Assembly: GCF_041956535.1 (NCBI RefSeq)
Contig: NW_027192195.1
Location: 283,807-347,806, forward strand
Length of the DNA stretch: 64,000 nt
DNA from: Calcarisporiella thermophila CBS 279.70
Lineage: Eukaryota; Fungi; Calcarisporiellomycota
Reading direction: 5' to 3'
A model generated the notes under the pieces. That model had not been told where the DNA came from. It did no database searches and saw only the letters and a program-made list of their open reading frames with translations. How positions within the stretch are numbered: position 1 is the first letter of the stretch; each line of letters opens with the position of its first letter. Below, one piece after another: positions 26,698-39,200 of this stretch. The position numbers and the translations under genes were made by a program.

Positions 26698-29423
26698 GTG
26701 CCTGTATTCGGGAGTTTGGAGAGAGCCGAGAATAGTGGTCTATTTGTGTTCACTCTAATGCCGAATATCCAATTTGAGGGGAGGAAGGGGAGGGGGGGGG
26801 ATATGTCAAAATAGAGGGGGGGATGGAGAGGGGGACAGAGGGATAGGCAGGCAGGGCGAGCGCAGAGGAGGACTTAGCCGGTGATAGCGTTGGGGGAGGG
26901 GAGAAAAGATCCACGCTTGGAATGCGAGCTTGCCGGAGGCGATGTTAGCACTTGGGCGGGCCACAGCAATGGGCTTACACAATCGAACTGAGCTTCCTGA
27001 GAAAGGGCGGCGAAAGAATGGCGGAAATGGAGGCGGAGGGCGCGGCAGTGGCAGCGGCAGAATGCGCAGGGCGGAGACGGCGGGTAGGCGAATGGAACAG
27101 AGACAATTCTACAGGAAAAAGCAAATGCATTGGGCGAGAGGCCGGCATTAGCAATGCGAAAATGGGGGCGCCTCCGGGCTGGGGCGGGGGGGGGGGGGGC
27201 GTGGGCGGGCATACCTTGCAGAGAATCGCGATCAGAGGAGTTCAGGCAGCGCCGAGCGGGCGGAGGGCTAGTTTGTGCAGCAAGAGCAAGGGGAGAGAGA
27301 AAAGGCAGAGCGGGCACGGGTCAAAGGCATAAACACCGTATATTAAAAAAAGTCGCAATACGAGGTGCAGTGAGAGGCGGTGCGGGTGAGCAATAATCAA
27401 GGAGGTCACACATTACGACTTTTTGGGTTCGCGAGCTCACTTGTCATCCTCCCCTTCTTCTATTTTAACCTCGCGCCCAAATTGGCAAGAGTGGACGGGC
27501 AGGCAGGGCGGCCAATCCGCGAGCCGCGCGGTCCATTGGGGGGGCCGCCAACCACCTGCCCTCTTGCAACCCCACAGCCTCTGCCCTGCTGCCCTCGCCC
27601 CTCGCCCCCCGGCCCTTGCACAATCTCTCCTCTCGCAAACAATCCGATCCGACTCTCGCGATGGCGCACCGGATTCACCCGCGGGAATGGTCGACTTTAG
27701 GGTTTAAGCTTCCTCATCGTGCACCAGCTTAAGCCAAAAAAGCTCGCAACCCCGCCTGCGGCTCCCCTCCCCGCCCCGCCCGGCCGCACCCTCGCGCCCG
27801 CCGCCGCCCCACCCCGCCGCCCCCGCCCGGCTCGCCTCGCCTCGCCTCGCCTCGCCGATGCCGCGCCCTCCCCCTCTCTCCTGGTCGCAGGCCGCAGCCC
27901 TTCGGCTGAGTATAATTTTGCTCGTGACAACCGGGCCCTCCTCTTGTTGCTCCTCTGTCACGCGCTACCCGCCGCTCCAAACCATTTCCCTCCCCTCCCC
28001 CTACTAATCGAGAAAAGACTCATTTTAGAGTTCTGGTGGCTTGATCCGCCCTCATATACGCGAATCAGACACGGCGAATCCTGTTTTGTCTGCTGTTCTA
28101 GGAAAGGAAGCTTATCCGCCGTCGATGAGTGGAATGCAAAAGCCTAACCACGATAACCATAGCTGCTGCCGCTGCTGCCGCCGCTCACCATCCCACGAGC
28201 AGAGATAAGCGCATGATCTTAGCAAAACCGAGCAGCCCGCCGCGTAAGAACCGTGACGGCATTAGATAATCCGCGATATGACACCGCCGATACGCAAGAA
28301 TGGCACATTCCGCTGAAAAGCTAAAAGGCTGTGGCTGCGAGCTACCGCGTTGACAAGCCATGCCTCTCGCACACCCCTCCCCCCCCGCCCCTCTCCGCAA
28401 ATTTCCTGTGTCGCTATCCCAGACATCCAGAAAACTCCGGCCTGCAACCGATAATTTAAATTCGGAACAGTTACGCGCGTCTGTTTCTGCCCTGTTTCTG
28501 CCGGGCCGTGGTGCCTTGAACGCAGACCCCCCTTGGTCGCCGGCAAGGACCTCTCTTCGGCCCCCAGGCACTCGCCATTTTGAGTCGTTCCCAAATCATT
28601 TGCAGAATGCCGGCCCCTCATGCTAGAACCTCATTTCCACCCTAAACCCGATTCTCGGAGACGTGTAACCAGCGGGATCTCCCAGAGAGGATCTCCCGCC
28701 ATCTGATGATGCCGTATTTTTGCTCTCATTTAGACTTGAGGAAACAGAGTTCCCTAAACCTACGAAGGCGTGGGAAATTCATTCCTCACGACTCGAAATC
28801 GGCTGGGAATGCTAAGCGGCGGCTTGCATGCCTTCCATCGCGCTTGGCGCGCCGGGAACGGCGGCGGTCGTCGTTGCTGGCCGAGCCTGCGGCCGGCCGC
28901 TTTTGACACAAGTCCCCCGTCAGGGCCGACACGTCTCTGTGTTGCATAGCAGACGTCATGGGATGCCACCGTTGAACGGCCTGCCATTGGCTCCCTTAAA
29001 AGGGAAGGGGAAAACCTTCACTGCATTGGGCCCGGGGGGTCGAATGAGAGGGGCTGCTGATCTAGGTGGGAACGCAGCGGGGGAAGGGTGGTTCTGCCGT
29101 GGCGGGAGTACTGGAGAATAAAGTCAGGCGTAGGCAGGAGGGGCGAATATGCCGATTTGAAACTGACACCGGCTAATAGGGTGCTGCATTAGTCCTTGCT
29201 TTATTTTACTGTACTTTAATTCCATATGCATCTGTGCGGTGGCCGCTGTGAATGGCCACCATGATCATGACATAAATATAGGTGGATGTATATAAAACAA
29301 TATAAATAGTTCATGGTGGAAACGGGCACACAATGCCTACTCTCAACCGCCGAGCCATTGAATGCAGCCATCCCCCTCCTAATAGATACAACAAAATTCT
29401 TGGTGAAATAAAAGAAGGCGCCC

Positions 29424-30273
29424 CTATTCAGCTTCGCTCTCTCCGCTGTTCCTGGAGGTCTCCGCCTCTTCTGGCGGCCGTTTCTCCAGCCAGCTCGTAC
29501 AAAACCGGCACCGTATTGCAGACACGGGAATGTCGGCGCGGCAATACTTGCATTTCTTCTGGCGCTTAATGATCTCGTCGTGTTGAAACACTTGAAAGAC
29601 TATGATCGAAGAGGGTGGTATTGGAGAAGGAAGTGAGGTTAATTCCCATTGGAGCACGGAGGTGGGGACTCCAGAGTTCCATCACTCACATTGAATGATC
29701 CAGAATAACGCCGCACTGACGATGAAGAAGTTGATTCCGATCTGCGTAAATCTCCCGAGATTCCACGTCACCGCCCCGTCCGCTGTTTCCCATGGATGCA
29801 GAATGCGTCAAGATGTCGGAGCACATATCACACTGCATTTGAACATTCACTGACCTTGAGCCTGTTGGATAGTTTCATAATGCGCGGTCGCATTGGCCCC
29901 CATTCTTAGCACCACGAACAAATTGTCGAAATTGCTCCCCCCCAGCAGTAGACCAATCGGAGGCGTCATGACATCCTCGACCAGCGAGCGCGTGAGCGAC
30001 TGAAAAGCCGCTCCGGACACCAGACCAACGCCTATGGCCAGCACATTGCCGTTATCGATGAAGTCCTAGGGGACGGGGGCGAAAAGCCAAGAGGAGTAAT
30101 GGGTTCATGCATTCCGATGAGACCAAGATGATGATGATGATGAAGAAAAAAGGATGGTGCTTGCTCACCCAAAATCCGTCCCAAAGCGTCTTGCCACGCC
30201 TCACAATTCCATTTTCCAAAAGACTGCTGTGCTCGGAGTAGGTGTGCATATCTCTGGTGCGTAGGAAATTCAT
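29424..30273 (-). CDS. mscL: Large-conductance mechanosensitive channel (MscL family) with a C-terminal double CxxC zinc ribbon; 194 aa, 4 exons
   Basis: Exons 30273-30169, 30065-29855, 29782-29690 and 29599-29424 splice in frame: FWDFIDNGNVLAIGVGLVSGAAFQSLTRSLVEDVMTPPIG..GAVTWNLGRF..INFFIV..KKCKYCRADIPVSAIRCRFCTSWL. Confidence 0.88.
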
Positions 30274-30893
30274 GAAGTGGGAGAAAAATAAAAGGGATCC
30301 CTAAGTCTTATCCAAGAGAAACAGAGGAAATAGAAATCGAGGGAATGAAAACTTGGGATCCTTGTCGAGAGGGTGGCAAATGTGGCTTGGAATCATGCAG
30401 GTTAGGTTTTATAATGAGGGGGCGATCCAACCTCTGAGGCTAAGAAGATTCAAAGCATGCAAGCGAGGCTGGCTTTTCGGATTTCATACCCAGACTATTT
30501 GGGAAATAAGAGGAGGAAAAATCAAATAGATTAACAAAGGAATATTTACAAAAATGCACAAAACAAGGAGAGGAGCGGAAAAGAGAGAGGGAGCAGAGGT
30601 AAGAAAAACCAAGAACACAAAGTCGAATCATCCGGTGGAGATTAGGAAACCAGAAAAGCGAAAAACAAAAAAAAATACATATCGGTAATAGAGAGGAAAG
30701 TAAAAACCAACCGTGAAAATAAACATATCTGGCGTATGATCGTATTAGATAAAAAAAAAATGCAAAAGAAGAGAGCTTAGAAAAGAGGGCGGGAGAGGAG
30801 GAGAGGGGAGGAGAAGGGGGGGGGGGGGGAATTAAGACAATAATCAAACCAGATAATAACAAAACTTTTACAACAATGAAAAAGCTGGTACCC

Positions 30894-31573
30894 TCATTTT
30901 CGAATGATATGGCTGTAATGGCCTGGCACCCTCAGACGGCACTTTTCACAATCCCCGCGATATCCCATCAAAAATATTCTTGTTCCACTCTCCTTAAGCC
31001 CGGCGCTGCTTGTGTTCTTGGGAGCGGCTTCTCTGAGCTCACCAGCGTCCTCAAGATCACTCTCCGGAGTAGGCGTGGGCGGCTATTCCATATTCCAAAA
31101 ACAGGCAGACATACCAATCATGAGCCCATCCATTCTCTGGATGCAGAGCAAAGCATGGGTACTGACCTTGTCGTACATGATGACATCATCTACTTCTGAA
31201 TAGACATGGGTGGGCAGCGTGGTGGAATCAGGCAGCGCAGTGGGACTGAGAGCAGTGGGCGAGGGAGGAGCCTCGATGGGCAGATTACATGATTGCGGAT
31301 GCACCAGATTCACCGTGATCCCAGGAGGATCGTAACGTGGGTGAACTAGATGGGATGAGAGCTGAAGTCTCTGCACATGAGAATGCGGGTGGAGAAACAG
31401 TCATGGGTCAGCAAATGGTGGCTCATTCCCTCTACACAGCTATGAAAATGCTATGGATCATCTTGCTTCCTCACCTTGGCTCGATCGCACCCCTTCCCCC
31501 CGCTAAAGGAGTAGGCCCGTTTTCGACTTAAGGGCGTATGTAAGTCGGGGGATTCCACGCGGGGCATGTTCAT
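30894..31573 (-). CDS. Small fungal protein (163 aa, 3 exons) ending in an MGYRGDCEKCRLRVPGHYSH putative zinc-binding motif
   Basis: Exons 31573-31475, 31370-31167 and 31082-30894 with GT-AG phase-0 introns give one open frame. N-terminal RKR motif; C-terminal CxxC..H..H. Confidence 0.78.
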
Positions 31574-31740
31574 GGTGATTGGTTTTTATTTGTTAATTGC
31601 TTTGAATGGGACGAAATAGGGAAACCAGAAAAGCACGTATAGGAAGAGAGAAGCAAAATATGGAGGGCCGTTTGCAATAATTTTTATTCCAAATCATGAT
31701 CTGAATCACCCAATCATGGGTATGTAGGAATCTACAGCGC

Positions 31741-33199
31741 CTACTTGTGCTTGAAATCGGCCTTTCTCTTCTCGACAAAAGCGCCCATTCCTTCCTTTTG
31801 ATCCGCCTACGAGGAGAAGGGGGAGGGGAGCAGATGAGGTAAGACGATTGGTCTAAAATAGAGGCACACTATCTATAGAACACTTGCCGTGCCGAAGGTG
31901 CTCTGGAATAGGCGGCGTTCAAACAACAAGCCCGCGCTCAACGGAATCTCAAAGGCTAAAGCGGAAGGCTAGGAGGTTAAACACCATACATTGAAACTTT
32001 CTGTCCCAAAAGAATGTGTCTTACATTGGTTGATAGCCTCTTTGATCATCATGACTGCAGGCTATGGCAAGAAAAAAGACAACGATTACAGACTGAAGAG
32101 AGATGGTTGAAGAAGCAATTCACCCCACCAGAGATTGGTTCGCAATCACCTCAGCGGTCTTAAGGGCCTCCTCCAATAGCTTGTCGGGCGAAACAACCTT
32201 GCTAACCAGGCCTGTTATATCAGAGATCCCCGCTTAGATTTACTGGAGTTGGGGGAAAAAATGTCCTCCATCACGAGTTTACCTAGACTCTTCGCCTCGT
32301 GTGCATCGAGATTGACATTTCCCGCCAGGCACATCTCCATCGCCTTAGATTTCCCAACCGCCTTGACGAGTCGTTGCGTACCTCCCGCCCCTAAAAGTGA
32401 CCACAACAATATTAAGATAGGAGGAAGAGTGGATACGCGATATCGTGCCGAATTACCTGGAATGGTACCAAGCTTGATCTCAGGTTGGCCAAAGACAGCC
32501 TTTTCACCAGCATAGATAATCTATTGGGAAATAAACACGAGAAGGACTTAGCGAAACACGTAAGCAGTAAAGAGAATTGGGCGGACTTACATCGCACATC
32601 ATGGCCAACTCGCATCCTCCTCCGAGCTACGTAAAAAAAAAGAGGCACAACAGGAATTAAATCGAAAAACATTCGCAAACCAGCAACTGAAATAGTGTAC
32701 CGCAAAGCCGTTCACAGCCGCGATGATAGGCTTTCTCATGGTGGTGATTTTGGTCCAATGTCCCAAGAAATTCTGCTTGAAGCAATCAACTGCATTCTGG
32801 TCCTTCATTTCCTTAATATCTGCACCCGCTGCAAATGCCCTCTCACTCCCAGTGAGCACAATGGCACCAATGCCGTCGTCGCGATCAAACGATTCAAGGG
32901 CATCATTCAACTCGTGAAAGAGATCGCTGCAAAGCGCGTTGAGGGCCTTGGGGCGATTTAACGTGATAAGCGCCACTCTCCCTTTTGTTTCCGTCTTGAT
33001 AAACTCATAGGTGGAGGTGGAAGTGGGCGTGGCATCTGCAAAGAAATAAAATAAGTATTCGATTGTAGTAGTATGAAAAATCGCCTATAAAATAATTCTA
33101 GCTACTTTGAAGAGCTGCCGTGGTCGAGAGCCTGGCAATAGGCTTGTACATGGGCTGTTGTGAGAGTGGGCGGACAAGGGATGCGAGGAGATGTCTCAT
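31741..33199 (-). CDS. ECHS1: Mitochondrial short-chain enoyl-CoA hydratase (crotonase), multi-exon, last intron GC-AG
   Basis: [39 protein letters not shown]|[25 protein letters not shown]|[24 protein letters not shown]. Confidence 0.95.
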
Positions 33200-34663
33200 T
33201 TTGTTTCGTGTTGGGGTTGCTTGACAAGAGAGCTGTTCTGTAATGAATTCGGAAGCACTCTTATATATCGCGTGAAAAAATTTACCGTGAAGCGTGAGAA
33301 GAGAATGAAGCTAGGTTAGGGGAGTTTTAATTTTCGGGATATCGAAATTACAAGTGCTGGCCACACTAAGGTGGGATGAAAAGCGTTACAGACCAAGGTA
33401 GTGCTTGATTTTTGCTGTGAGTTGTAAAAAGCACGGCTTATAAACACTATGAGATTGAAACACGTATGCTTCCCTTAAGCATCCTTTGTTTTTCCAAGTG
33501 ACACTTTCGATATTTGCGCTATTAGGCTCGAATCTACGGCTAAATATTTCAAATTCTATGGAGAGCAGCGCTGGGTAGAAAGGATTAAACGAGCATATGA
33601 ATAATGGTCAGTGATATAGCCTATAGCTTGTGAGGTAGATGATACAGGTTAACCTGAGCGGTTTCTGGTGAACTATAAACTAATATAAAACTCGGTCGCC
33701 TTAGGTTAACCAAAGAAACTTAGATCTCTGGAAACTCATAGTTTTCTTTTTCTCCCTCTTGAAGGACTATACATTGTCTTGGAGTATGAGGGTAAAGATT
33801 GTCCGTGTATTCTAGATAGTATGAAAAAACAACAGCACCTCCGTTCTGTGAATGAAAAAATATTAAACCCTATCCAGCTGTTCTATCTATGCAAGAGAAG
33901 ATGAAGTATATAAAATCGTATGTGCTCATTCCTCTTTGGAGAATTTGGCAAAGACTCAGACTCCAAACTAGGAAATAAAACAGGGGATGGAGGAGGGTGG
34001 AAACAGTGCTTGACCTCGAAACATTAGTACCAGAAGCTACTATCAATAAACTACAGTCTAAATGCAGCTAGTCCTGTTAAACTCGTTTTTAACTGGCAAG
34101 GTTGAGATTTTGCATTATATATCTGAAAAATGCCCGACTAAAACATTACCATCGAGGATCCGCTGGGACAGATAAAATAGGCTTCATACTCTACATTGTT
34201 AATGAAGCTCGGAAAAGAGATGGGTCAGTGAAGTGTATCCCTCAAGGTTAAAAAAAATGATTTAAAATAATACGAAAATGACTTGTGTGATGAATAGGTC
34301 TTGCCCAACTAAGAGATTGTAAGGCAAAGGTATATCTCCGCAGTAAATGGAAGATTTTGTAAAGGCTAAAATACCATTTACAAAAAGTAGCCAATGTCAA
34401 CAGTGGGACTGATTTACTTGAACAATTCAAAGGTAGTGAACCCAAAATCAAAGAAGACTGGATGGCTCTCTCAATATGTCAATTATCTCTGAGGAATTAA
34501 AAGGAAATGCACAGCAATCCTCTGAGGTTGCGCGATATCTAATCTGTAGCACTCTACAATGTGTTCCGATATCATCTCTACTGTCTTGGAAAAGGCTTAC
34601 ATGAATTTCGCTGAGGAAAATAGCATAATATTTTTTTGGTACCAAGGCAATGGGTAGCACATA

Positions 34664-34714
34664 TAGTAAATTAATAACGAAAAGGAAATTTCTCTTTTCG
34701 TTATTAACTTACTA
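34664..34714. repeat. 51-bp near-perfect inverted repeat
   Basis: TAGTAAATTAATAACGAAAAG-gaaatttct-CTTTTCGTTATTAACTTACTA; 21-bp arms with 1 mismatch. Confidence 0.85.
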
Positions 34715-36251
34715 CAAGAGCATGAATGCATTTTGGAAGGTTTGTAATGCCTATAATTGCTTCTGAAATAGTTTTATTGCGAGAAAAATTCGAATAAAAT
34801 AGTATATTCTATAGAACTATCAATAGCTTTCTTTCCTCCATGTTATATTTTTGGCTAGTCAATATAATTTTGTTTTTTTTTTTTGTTTTTGTTTTTCTAG
34901 AAACTGAAGGCCATGAAGTTGACTCGCATATTCGCGTCCTAACAATTGTACATGAATAAAGCTTCACGCCTGAATGAAAAACCAGAGCACGCCAGAGTTA
35001 AATTCGAGGAGCTGCCCAGAAATTATCCAAAGAATGGAGATGGCGGTACTGTTCCTCTAATATAGCTTAGACTGAGTACAGCAAATTTCAAGCCGTTTTG
35101 CAGAGATATCTATGAGAGTATTGCCAAGAAGACAGGGGGAAGAAATATAAAACTTAATTCCTACCGGTGAGAACGCAATTTACTATTTTTGATAATAAGT
35201 ACAGCATATACTATCAAATTAATCCATAATTGGGAGTTAGGTATTCCTTGTGACGAAAGCTGTGGTAAAGGTGTAGAAGTTTTACCTATTGGCTAATTCC
35301 AAAAAGTTTGAGGCTGAGAAAACTTACATTGGGAATACCTAGAAACCATAATATATTACAAGAGGATATTTTTCTCTTAATAAATGAAGAGTTAGTGCGC
35401 TATTCGATATCTATCTAATTTCGAGTAACAAATGGTGCAATAAAGCGATGAACTATTCTTCGTACACAAAAGAATCGAAGAGTTAAAATCAACCTCACGA
35501 AAATTATAGATTGGTAATTAATATAGATAAACAGCCCATGGATTGTATCTCCATTGATGATAAAAAAAGGAAATATAGAAACAAACAAACAAAACATAAA
35601 AAAGCCAACATTGGTAACTGGCCCTGATTGTAGCCGGTTTTTAAGGGTTGTGCAGGGTCTTGATTTTCGGTAGCCCACCGTTTCCTGTGATGATATGGAA
35701 CAGCCAATAAGTAGAAAGATCCAAAGTGTTGGTATCATATAAGTATAGCCAGTGAATTCTTTATCTGGGCTATATTGAAACTTAATGATAATAAATAACC
35801 TTCGGGTAGTCGATATATGCGATCATTTTCGGAAATGTGCCATAATGGGAGCCAACTTCAGTGTAGATTTGAGCCGGCTTAAAGCATAGAAATACTTCAA
35901 CCAAAGCGAAAGGAGATTGTCACAATGGTGATGGAAAGGATTTAAGGGATAATTCATGTAGCATACCTGCTTAATTACTACCTTCTCCGTTCGAAATTAT
36001 GTGAATTTGCGATATATCCTTTCATGATAGGTTAGATCTTATATGTAGGATGTTATCAGGAGGTAATGTGTAACCAAGCGCAGATGCATGTCCGCTCTCG
36101 AAATAATTATTTAAAGTTTTACGATTGATTTGATTATTATATAACGCCGACGTTACTATACTCATCTTTGCACCCCTTATTAAAGCATGAAATATCAGTA
36201 TTTGACGAGAAAAAAAACTTTCACATACGAGTGTAATCCTTATTATTGAAA

Positions 36252-39200
36252 ATGACTATTGACGCGGTTATTTGTAACAAGAAAGCAAGGGAATTCTGGA
36301 TGAAAGCTCTCAAGGGCCAAGTTCCCTTCGCTCCAAAAGTGATGCAAAGGAATTGCCATCTGAATTCTCAAGCTCATTCCGTTCTACAGCACCAATTGTC
36401 AATTACCATGAGTGAATTTGACAATGCCTGCATCAATAAAGGAATGTCGAAGCCAGTTCTTATTCAAGTTGTCTGGGCTTTATTATTGTCTCAATACTTT
36501 AAGGAAAATCAATCGACGTTTGCTTTTGTAAGTGACGATGAGATTGAAGGGTAAGGTTCATTGACAGGATTATCAATCTAAAATCATGATTATGCTAACT
36601 TTCTTCTGTCCACTAGTAGCTACATGACGTATTCGACCAGGATAATTCGCCCTAACGTTGACATGAATCAGAAAATAACTACTATGATGAAGGAATTGCA
36701 AACTTTTCACCAGATATCAGCCCCATTTGCGAATATCGGATTCCAGGGAATCAAGAGATGCTTAGGAGTGACTGACGATGCGGTGCTATTTCGTACATTG
36801 ATTGAATTTCGTTCGCTCGATTCTATTTGGCCCGATTATAGTGCGGCGGAGTTGGAAAATGTTCAGATGTTAATTATACACGAGGGAAACTCGATTAAGA
36901 TCAAATTTGATAACTCTCACCGCTCGATTAAGGATGTTAAGAATATGTTTTCCCACTTTGATTACTTACTGAAACAAATTTTGTTGGATGATCCGTATAA
37001 TCCGAGCTTGATATCCGAATTTCGCGTGCAAGAACCATATCAGTGGGCACTCTTTCAAGAATTCTGTAAGGGCGAATTTAGGCCAATTCCATTTGAATGC
37101 CTTCATCATGGCTTTGAGGCAATGGCTCAGCTCCAGCCAGAAGCTATTGCTGTTGAGAAAGGCAATAAAACCATCAGCTATAAGGACCTGGATGAGCGTG
37201 CCAATATGCTTGCTCACGCTCTACGTCGACGAGGAGTCACTCCTGGAGTATGTGTTGGTCTTGTGATCTCACGATCCATTGAGATGGTAATCGGGATCCT
37301 TGCTATCCTTAAGGCTGGTGGTGCCTATGTTCCTATTGATGCAGCATTCCCTTGCGAACGGATTGCTTCCATCTTGGATGATGTGGCCAGCCCTGTGTTG
37401 TTAACGACAACAATTGATCAAAAGGCTGTTCCCTTAGAGTACTACGAAGAGGTTATGCTCATTGATGGGCAAGATTGTTCATCGGGAGATACTCTCAAAC
37501 CAGAGGAATTAGCCAGAGGAGACGATTTGGCATACATTATGTACGTCTATTCTAATTTGATTTTTTTTTCTCTTTCATTGCTAATGCTTATTATAATAGA
37601 TTCACCTCGGGTACAACGGGCAAGCCAAAGGGGGTCATGCTTGCCCACAAGGGCGTTGCCAGCAATATCATGATGCATCCTATTACATCTCTCCTAGGCC
37701 CCGGGACTCGCGTCGGTCAGTTTTCAGCAATAGCATTCGATTCATCAGTGGCAGACATATTTTCGACGCTATCAAAGGGAGCCACCCTCGTCCTACAAGG
37801 AGCGGATTTCTTTGCCACAGTTGCAAGCGTAGATGTCGTCACTCTGACCCCGACGGGACTCCAACACCTACACCCCAATGATTATAGGAATATTAAAGTT
37901 ATTAACGCGATTGGTGAAGCTTGTCCCAACAGTCTAGTTGATCGATGGGGCGACAAGGTTAAATTCTACACAGATTATGGGCCAACGGAAGCTTCAATTT
38001 ATTGCACATGTTCGGAGCCGCTTCGACCAGGAATGACAGCAACAATGGGGAAAATACTTCCCAATATGCGGGCTTATATCCTAGACAATAATCGTAGACC
38101 ACTTCCGATCGGGGCTAAAGGACAGCTATACATTGGCGGCATTGGGGTTGCATTGGGTTACCTCAATCAGCCTGAGTTAACTTCCGAAAAGTTTGTAGAG
38201 GATCCGTTTGGATTGCCTGGAAGCAGGATGTATGCGTCTGGCGATTTTGCTCGCTGGTTACCTACGGGTCATCTTGAGTTTTGTGGCAGAAAGGATGATC
38301 AAATCAAATTGAGTGGTTATCGAATTGAGTTGGAAGAAATTGCTAGAGCAATCAACCAGTATTCATCGGTTGAGTTAGCAGCAGTATTAGTCAATGAAAA
38401 CAGACTCATAGGTTATGTTACCCCCTCCAGTGTGGAGGTAGAATCCCTTCGCAGCTGGCTATTTAGTATATTCCCAGATTATATGGTACCAACAGCAATC
38501 GTACCATTGGAGTCATTTCCTATGACAGCTAATGGAAAGATAGACAAAGCGGTATTAAAACAGACACCGCTTCAACAGAGTCGCAAGGAAAGGCTTGCTC
38601 CGGTTACCGATAAAGAGAAGCTTATAGTCAAGTTAATGGCATCAGTTCTTAATGTCGATGAGGGTTCGATTGACCTCAACGCATCTTTCTTTGCACTCGG
38701 CGGCGATTCCATCTCAACCATCTCTTTGGTGTCTGCATTCCGAAGAAACGGTTTACACATCAATGTGGCGCAGATATTCAAGGCACCTACTCCAGTTAGA
38801 CTGGCTGCCGCTGCTCAAGAAAGACAGGATAAACCCGTACAGAGCTCAGATACCGTGGTAGGGAATCTCCCACTTACACCGATACAACGATGGTTCCTCG
38901 ATTCAAACAGAGCCAACCTCAACCATTACAACCAAGGATGGGTTCTTACTCCACGAGAATTTATTGATTTCAAAAACTTCAAACAGGCCATTGTTTTACT
39001 TGTGGCCCACCATGATATGCTCAGGGCACGCTATTCCAAATATGACGGTGGCGAATGGGAGCAGTCAATTGTAGACGTTAACTCGTGCCGGGCTAATGTT
39101 CGATTGCTTACTTGCAAAGATGAGCAAGATTTCCAGAATAATATCAAGGCAATGGCTTCATCATTAAATATAGAGGAGGGAATAATGCACTGCGCTGCAT

